From the human T2T-CHM13v2.0 reference genome, Homo sapiens, in NCBI RefSeq assembly GCF_009914755.1, contig NC_060933.1: a stretch of DNA of 64,000 bases; one strand, written 5' to 3'. The notes under the pieces were generated by a model. It ran no database searches, was not told the origin of the DNA, and worked only from the letters and a program-made list of their open reading frames with translations. The first letter of the stretch is position 1; each line of letters begins with the position of its first letter. Positions 55,440 to 64,000 of this stretch are shown here, in pieces. The translations under genes and the position numbers were made by a program.

Positions 55440-55615
55440 ACTTAGCAAGCACTATGAGAAGCAAGTTATGTATGCTACTTCTATTGTTCCCACTTACAGA
55501 TAGGGAAAATGAACTTACAGGAATTAAGCATCCTGCTTCAGGTCATTCAGGTATTATATGGCAGTGCCTGGATCTGACCTAAAGCAATTTAACCCAAGAT
55601 CCCATGCTTTCAATA
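55440..55615 (-). mobile_element. MIR
   Basis: ctattgttcccacttacagatagggaaaatgaac...caggtcattcag...tggcagtgcctggatctgacc. Confidence 0.7.
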
Positions 55616-55837
55616 GTTCTGAGATATACACAATTACATGCACATGTATACATACTTGTAAGACACACATGCAGTATAAACATGTCCCAATACGCATGTA
55701 TACACACATGCATGCACATTTATATCAGCTTAGTGTATACATGTACTCTCTTATTTCTATCTTACTGATTTAAGTATTTTAACATTGAATTGAAAAACTG
55801 TAATAAATATGTTAAGGTGCACTTCAAGAAAAGCCTA

Positions 55838-56612
55838 GCATTAACCATCAGAGAAATGCAAATAGAAACCAAAACGAGATACCATTTCAGACCCATTAAA
55901 ATGGTGTATTAGTCAAGGTTCTGCATAATAAAAAAGACAGATAATAACAAACATTGGTGATGATGTGGAGAAACTGGAGCCCTCATACACTGCTGGTAGA
56001 AATACAAAATGGTGCCTCCACTTTGGAAAACAGTTTTTAAAAAAGGTTAAACGTGAAGTTACCACATGACTCAGCAATTTTACATCTAGGTATATATCAA
56101 AGTGAAATAAAAACGTATGTCTACACAAAAATTTATGTAAGAATATTCATAGCAGCATTTTTTCTGGTATCCAAAAGGTAGAAATAATAAAAATTACCAT
56201 CAATTCGTGAATGGATAAACAAAATGGGCATAATAAAATATTATTCAGCCACAAAAATAAATGAAGTGCTGACATGTGCTATGACATGGATGAATGTTGA
56301 AAACATGCTTAATGAGAGAAATAGTCAAAAAGACCAGATGTTATAGGATTATTTTATATAAAATGTCCAGATTAGGCATACCTATGGTGCCAGAGAGCAG
56401 ATTGCCTAAGGCTGAAGAGATGGGGGAATTGGAATCTGATGGGTAAATGGTGCAGGGTTTGTATTGAGGGTGGTGAAAATATTCCAAAACTGATTGTGGT
56501 GATGGTTGCACAGTTCTGTGAATATACTACAAGCTGTTGAGTTGCCTTGTATAATTTAAGTTGGTGAATTGTATAATATGTGAATTACATCTTTAAAAGC
56601 TGTTTAAAAAAA
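55838..56612 (+). mobile_element. L1MB-like ORF2 end + 3' UTR
   Basis: catcagagaaatgcaaatagaaacc...gatgtggagaaactggagccctcatacactgctgg...gattgtggtgatggttgcacagttctgtgaatatact...aaagctgtttaaaaaa. Confidence 0.85.
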
Positions 56613-57479
56613 AGAGAAACCTACATGCATGTTGTGACTGAATGTTTTAGTTGGATGACATCAGTATGATGAGTTACATTTCCAACTCCCCGTTTCCCTG
56701 TTTACAAAATACGACAAATCATATCTCCAATCCAGAGTGGTGAGAATTAAAGATAATACTTGCAACAATTTTTATGAATATTGGATTCCATTTTGTTGCC
56801 AAAGAAGAACCAGATGCAGTGAAAGCAGAAAGTGAAGGAGAGTTAGCACTGAGAAGCTAATAGACAGAGAGACTCAGAAAGGGCGAGTGGGCAAAGGAGA
56901 GAAAAGTCACATGGACATTTAGAGAGTTCAGAGATGAGGTGTGATGTGAAATAACCTGAACACAGAAAGCCAGTGGAAGAGCATTCTCTGAAGGAGGGCT
57001 GAGGAAACCTCCCTGTCACATGCTGCTATGTATTTTGTCTATGGACAGCCATGTTTTACTGCTGAATAGAATGTAGGAATTAGCTGATCGGCCACCATTT
57101 CGCTCTTCTTTATTCTTGAGGCTCTAACACTCTAGGTTTTCATCCTTCCCTCCTTCCACTCCCATTTCCACCATGCCCAAGGTACACTTGTTACAACGTG
57201 ATTCTCTTCTGGGGGCCATGAGCCAGACACTTGAGCCCTGAAGAGGGAATAACCACACAGTCTATACAAGATAAAAGTAAGTGGCCTACAAAACAGGTGT
57301 GAGAACAGATAAAATGAAACCAAGGGCTAGACTAGGGCCAGTCGGGAATTCGTCACTTCTCAGCTTCACTCATAATCCCATCATTTTCTTTCCTCTCACA
57401 CAGAAGTGGAATATTAGTGGCCAACACTCAGCAGGCTTGGTTAAGTTGGTTTCGGGATGCCAAACAGAACAGTGATCAG

Positions 57480-57650
57480 AAAATAGACTCAGCAATCCAA
57501 TTTGTGTGATCTTTGGAAAACTATTTAGCCTTCTCTGAACCTATTTCCTCAAGGCCTATCATGGCTATTTTACAGGCTTGTTGTAATTTTAAAGGGTAAA
57601 GATGTATATTGGCAGCCTAGTCCCTGATCATAGTCATTTCTTAAATGCTT
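57480..57650 (+). mobile_element. MIR fragment
   Basis: tgtgtgatctttggaaaactatttagccttctctgaacctatttcctca. Confidence 0.6.
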
Positions 57651-57784
57651 ATTTTGGTTTAACTTTTATTTTTTACTGGTTTATCATCCCTGCACATTTA
57701 GAATTTACATTTTATCAAACATGAATCATATAACTTATGCATCAAAAAAGGCAAGAATGAAGTAATTCATTCAAATCAAGACTA

Positions 57785-58086
<302 letters not shown>

Positions 58087-59339
58087 GTTACTTGAAAGTA
58101 AAGAAAGTTTTTTTTGGTTTTGAAAAAACAATTCTACATAAATAGTCACATGGTGATGTGCATTTGGCAGATATTTGTGTGCATGTAAATAATATGCTTT
58201 GTTTCCTCTTAAGTGTTGATACAAAAATAGAAATACAAAAATATCACATGGTATTTCCAGTCTTACTGTAAGTATCAAGAATCTTAAAGGTTCCCATGTC
58301 AACACAGTGCGCTGTGATCCTTTATTTCAGGTTTTATCCAATCTGTATATATTTTTAAAACGTTAGCATTTCATAGAACTCATCAAATCTGCTACAGAAA
58401 TTAACTTACTTTGAGGTTTCTCAATCTGTGGCACACTTTGATTTGAATAAAGGCAAACAAATATACATTTACCAAATATCGCCTGTGGACTTAACCTCCT
58501 GTCATGCCTTGGAAAAGCCACAGAATATGAAGACCAGCCTTCAACTTAATTTTTTAATTGGAGAGACAAAAAAAAATTCATGAAGTAGCTGGGATACTGA
58601 AAATAAAATATATGACAGTTTTAGCATTTTGGAAAGAACAATTTTAGAGATGCTAGGGCAAGAGGAAGCTGGATGGAAAGATTAGAGGAGATGTTTGAGA
58701 AATGAAAGCTGGTGGTGATAGCATACACCAAGAGAAGTGGTTTTTGTACAGTCATAATGAGCATGATGGTATGAGTTTTTCTTTTTAAAAATAAAATTCT
58801 TTTCTTAGCCCTTTTTTCCCTTCTCCCTTCCTTCTTTTTCTTCTATGTGACATATAAATTTTACAACACTTTAGGCTTTATCTAAGAACTTAGATTGAAG
58901 GCTGGGATGTTGTCTGTATGCATCAGACTATGTTCAGGTATGTATCTTTATGTAGACTTCCTACTGGTAGACATTTTGAAAGCCTGCCTCACTTTAATAA
59001 CTGGCTTTAATTTACACTTTACTTGAGTTATATTAAACATACTAACTAATCTTTCAATAGCACTTAAAAGTTTACCTAGAATTCCCACAGATTGTCTCAT
59101 TTGATCTCATAATTACCGTGTCAAGTAATTTCATATTAGCTCATTTTACACATAATATACTGAGATTTAGAGTGACTAAGTATTTTTCTGAGATCGTTTA
59201 ATGTTGAAATGAACAATTCTAAAGCCCGAGTATCCTTTAATTATAAAGAAAAAACATGCAAGAGAAAAGATTGTGAAATTTAACATACTGGGAATGACAC
59301 CTTTCTGTTATCTTGGAATTTCAGCAAAAGTTCTAAAGC

Positions 59340-60498
59340 TGTGAAGGGTTTAAAGGGTTAAAAAAAAATTCCAACTTAATTCTATAGAATTTGTGGGAAG
59401 TGGAAACCCTGGTCAACCGTGATCACTCCAACAGTCCAGGGATGAGAAGATCAAACATTCAAAAGTAAATTTGGTGAGGAAAAATTTTCTTTGAAGAAAG
59501 CTGACAGTTCTTGACTGCCTCTCTTAGGAAGAGAAGGGACTGCTTCCTGCCTCTATGCCAAAGTGGAGCCCAGTCACTAAATATGATGCTGTCTGCAAGA
59601 GGGAGGCTAGCATCTCACTCTGGCTTGAAGAGTGCTGAGACTTTTAGGCTACCCAGAGCTACTCCTGGAGTGCAGGAGGCAATAATTCTTGGGAGAATTT
59701 GAAATGTGTCCTCCGGATCTGAGGAGAGGCATAAAGCCTCTCACATGGAGAAGTCTGCAAGCCCTCGGGGCTGGCTGGAAGAAGCTGTAAAGAAAAAAAA
59801 AAAAAAAAAAGAGGACAGAAGATCAGTAGATTTAGGAGAGCCAGGATAGGTGTTTTGCTGTAAGACACTATGAGAGGTAGCCAGGCTTGGAAAGTCTTGA
59901 AAGGATCTTGACAAAGAGGGGCATCGCCAAAAGCCAATTCATATGCTGTACAGCAGGGCTATCTTTTAGAAGTCTACCGTAGTAGACAGAAGACATTTGC
60001 TGTCTAAAAAAGAACTACTAAAAGCTCTGGCCAGAAGCAGTGGAGGAGTTAGAAGAGAAAGCAGAGTGAAAAAGCTAGGAGTGATATTCAAACCATTTTA
60101 CATTTGGTGGGACATGCAGGTTGACCACCAGAAAAGATGCCTTCCAGGGCTACTATGAAATGGGTTTTGTTTCCCCTTCTGGGCTAGTGCTTGCCAAACC
60201 TCAGATCAGCCTTGAACTTGGGGAGCAGAGAAGCAACTCTACATTGGGTACGTTACGATGTGAAAGTTTAGGTGCAGACTAAAGTAGACCTTTTAACACA
60301 GAAAATGAGACTTTCCAAATGTATGGGACCTGCTGAAGATATTGTCCGGAGGAGACTGTTGCCTCCTACAGAGTCCTTTGAAACATTAAAACATTTGAAA
60401 CATTGGAAAACATTTTGAAACATTAAAACATTGGAAAACAATTAAACTAATGCGGTTTGTACCCTACTGAATTCAGCAAGTTGGCTAAATGATTTACA
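59340..60498 (+). mobile_element. Possible ancient Gypsy-like mammalian LTR (MamGypLTR/LTR8x-like)
   Basis: ~1.15 kb purine-rich block from tgtgaagg to tttaca; 3' part atgggacctgctgaag...attaaac...tacccta resembles MamGypLTR ends as I recall them. Confidence 0.35.
60380..60442. repeat. Degenerate (AAACATT)-unit minisatellite, 7 units of 8-10 bp
   Basis: gaaacattaaaacatttgaaacattggaaaacattttgaaacattaaaacattggaaaacaat. Confidence 0.8.
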
Positions 60499-60503
60499 TG
60501 TAG

Positions 60504-60817
<314 letters not shown>

Positions 60818-62180
60818 GCAAAATTATTTTTATAAAACAATCATGAACATAGAGGAAAAAAGTTTGAGGTGGACTTGGCTAGCGTTTTATAAGTGAATTT
60901 CAGAACTGAGTTTCATACAGGGGAGGTTGCTTGGCCCAGGTCATACACACAGTTTAACAGAACACTGAACCATGTGCAGGATGTTTGGAGCAAGGTCAAA
61001 CCTACCTTTTACTAATGGAATAACACGTTGCACTGGTTAAGGTTACACAATACACATACGTGATTTCTCCAATAAACAATGGGAAAGGATAATTTGTTGT
61101 AGGCCCAGGAGTACAGAGATATTTGGTAAGACTCCAAAGAAAGTAAAGACAAAAGGAGGACAAGCTTTGTCTTATTACATTTTGGAGGAAATATTGAAGG
61201 CTAGAAAACAGCAGGCAAAATCCAATTATTAAAGAAAGGAATTAAAGCCATACCAGAGAATTAGTTAGTGACCAGTTTGAATAACAATAATTTCTAAGCA
61301 ACAGCCAGAGAAAATATTTTGAAGGATTCAGTATTGGAGAAAAAATTTTTTTAAATCAAAATAGGCCAACATATGTGAAAGAATGTCTCGTGTATGGAAA
61401 ATACAACAATTGAAAACACATTTTTTTCTTTTTAAAATAATTGATTCAAAATACATCACTTTCTTCTAGTTTGTGTTCTTCCTATTGTGCTACACTTTGA
61501 TACATGGCATAATCTCTTCTTATTTAAAAAAAAAATTCATGCCTTAGGGATAGATATCTCATTTTGGAGAAATTTAGGAAGAAAATGTGATAATGTAAGA
61601 GATAACTAGGACCTTACAGCTACTCTCATGAAGTTCATATTGTGATGCAAATATAGAGTAAATCAATAAAACATAATTAGTAAACTGTGGGAAAAGATAG
61701 AGAACAAGTAAAGGGAAATTGAGAGTTCCAAGTGAGTTGCAGGTAAGGAGATAGGTAGCAATTGTTAAGAGTAGCTGTTATTGCTATGAAAAACATTATG
61801 GCAGGTTAGGCTTGATTTGGACCTGCCACAACAGATACCTGTGGCATGCTCAGTTGTATATCTTTTCTGCTACATTAAAACAATAGCAGGTTTTCTGCTT
61901 TTTAAATACAAGTTCCTTTCCTCCTACTTCTCTTCCTACTCTTCTCTTAACATGTCACGTCTACCTGCTACATAGCTAGAGGCTGATAAAGTGGCATCTG
62001 CTCAGGTTGGTGTAGGCGTTTCTTGTTTCTTGAGTCAAATATGCAGACATGCCACTGCAAATGGATGACTACTCAGTTTGTTTGCTTGTGGATTTTTACA
62101 ACTTCATCGGTGTTTTATCAGTCAAATTGTCAGTGTTTTTAACAGTTGATGGATATGATAGAAATTGGTACGGTGTAAGT

Positions 62181-62340
62181 CTGTGGTTCTCAACTCTAGC
62201 TGCATATGAGAATCACTCAGGGAGTTTGGAAAAATGCAGATGCCAGGGCCCAGGGCCAGGGATGTTGATTTGATTGGTCTCTATGAGGCCTGGGCATTAG
62301 TGCTAGGTGCTGGCCAGTGATTCTGAGAAGTAGCCAGGCA
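62181..62340. mobile_element. MER5-type MITE
   Basis: ctgtggttctcaactctagctgcatatgagaatcactcagggag...aaaatgcagatgcc...gatttgattggtct. Confidence 0.7.
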
Positions 62341-62379
62341 GGGGTATCTCAAGGTGTGCCAGGCAGCCTGCAGGTACTT

Positions 62380-62525
62380 TCAGAGGAATATGCCATGTGA
62401 TTTAATCCTCACATCAGTATAACAAAGGCATTGGGGTCCTCATTTTGCAGAAAAAGGTCTGTATTTTTGAGTGATGGCATGATTTTCCCAGAGCCACATC
62501 ACTAGGGTGTAGAAGGGTGTATTTC
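62380..62525 (-). mobile_element. MIR fragment
   Basis: atttaatcctcaca...cctcattttgcagaaaa. Confidence 0.5.
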
Positions 62526-63129
62526 ATTTCTGACATCGTATTTGGAAATTGTGGGTTGGAAAAGCTAATTCAGTTCCACTCAAATAAAATGGTTTACTTG
62601 TGAAATGTTTTTCCACCATCTGCGCCTCTGAAAATAGAGTGGCAATTTCCATTATGGAATTGTAGAAAGTTTGACCCCCAAATGTACAACTGATAAAAAG
62701 TGAAATTAAATAACACACCCCACTTTAGAGAAGGAATCCCAAAATAGGTATCTTAAAATTATTTCCATTTTTTGCTTTTATGTTTATACATTTCAAAGAA
62801 GAGATTCAGCCAACCTTTATTTTTTAATGTTTGAAACAGCATTTTCCCCTGTTATTTCTGAGCAAGATAAACCCAGGAAGCACTAGAAATTTCAAGCAAT
62901 ATGGTTTTTTTTCTTGACGATAACACTTGAGTAGTGTAAAATATTGATAAAATAAAAAGTCACTTTTGTTATTATAAATGGTTTGGAATTATTACTTTAG
63001 TTACAAATAAATTCCAAATATAGAAGGTATTGTTACAATGACTTTGACAAGCATGATTGCTTCCATATTAGGCTCATACTACACCTCTGTACATATGTGA
63101 ATCTTTGTACAAAATGTCTTTTTTTCCCA

Positions 63130-63760
63130 ATTGAAAGGCAATTTTTAGCATGTGATAAAATATACAGAAGGTTAAAAAAAGAGATGATTGTGAAAAGGCA
63201 GTAAACCTGCTAGCCGAGTGTCACTATCCTACTGGTTCCCAGAATCAACTATTTTTACCAGATTTTTGTTTTATTTTATTTTTATTTTATCCTTCTAGAA
63301 ATACTACATGATTCTACAAACATAAAATACATATATTTATCTTTTCACTTAAATAGCAGCATACTATAAATTCACAGTTTTATATCTTGCTATTTTTACT
63401 GGCTAATACTTCTTTGAGGTCATTATATCAACACATATAGACCTACTTCATTATTTTTAGTGACTACATAGTGTTACATTGAATGGATGTGCCATAGTTT
63501 GTTTAAATGAGTACCCACAGGTGGGCATGAGTTGTAATATTTTTTGTTTTACAGACAATACTATCAAATGCTCTATGAAGTGTTTGAACCAACTTACACT
63601 TTGGCCAGCAATGTATGAATGTCTGTTTCCCTATGCTTTAGTCAACTCTGTATTATCACATTTTAAAATGTTTGCCTGAGTCTAACGGGGGAAAATGCTT
63701 GCTTATTGTTTTAATTTATGTTTTGCATTCATATCTTAGAAAGCAATTCATAGTTTATTC
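63130..63760 (-). mobile_element. L1ME-like 3' fragment
   Basis: catatagacctacttcattatttttagtgactacatag...tggatgtgccatagtttgttt...aacttacactttggccagcaatgtatga. Confidence 0.65.
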
Positions 63761-64000
63761 TGAGAAGTGCCTGGAACTGCTCATATATATTGAAGGATAT
63801 AAATACAAATAGCAATGCAAATATTCATGTATGTACCACCTAGCTTCATGTGTAGAACATCAGTGATTTTCTTTAAAAAAGCTCTGTGGATGGTTCCCAT
63901 TTCTTCTTCAGCATTCAAAGATCACGATTACCCTGAATGGCATCTTCTCTTCTCTTGCTTTTTTCAATAGTTTAATGATATTTGATGAGTCCCTAAATGT

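Noticed and set aside
61799-61828. Inverted repeat tggcaggt...acctgcca
   Set aside because: 8-bp arms with a 14-nt spacer are expected many times by chance.

Overview
AT-rich, non-coding primate genomic DNA, almost certainly human or great ape, given AluY/AluS/AluJ, an L1PA2-type 3' end, a THE1B LTR and Hsmar2. I recognise no protein-coding exon, tRNA, rRNA or CpG island. Many six-frame ORFs are Alu, L1, LTR or mariner remnants; the rest are short and match no protein I recognise. I cannot name the locus; it is a gene desert or a large intron. A large share is interspersed repeat: 17 Alu/FLAM copies, a ~5.9 kb near-full-length old L1 (L1MA8/9-like), a near-complete Hsmar2 mariner, about a dozen LTRs or LTR fragments, and MIR/L2/MER fossils. 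Between the repeats are unique blocks rich in homeodomain, GATA and MEIS motifs that look like developmental enhancers. Best leads: (1) a probable LF-SINE copy at ~26.4-26.7 kb, a rare ancient SINE family often exapted as enhancers or exons; (2) a TATA box plus candidate exon plus CTCF-like site at ~38.9-39.2 kb; (3) an OTX/CRX/PITX-type TAATCC cluster at ~31.2-31.6 kb and a six-GATA cluster at ~54.7-55.2 kb; (4) an L1-mobilised, polyadenylated ERV-LTR RNA fragment sharing one target site with an Alu at ~3.9-4.3 kb. I see no evidence for a new multi-gene biological system. Repeat subfamily names come from my recollection of consensus sequences and need Dfam/RepeatMasker confirmation.
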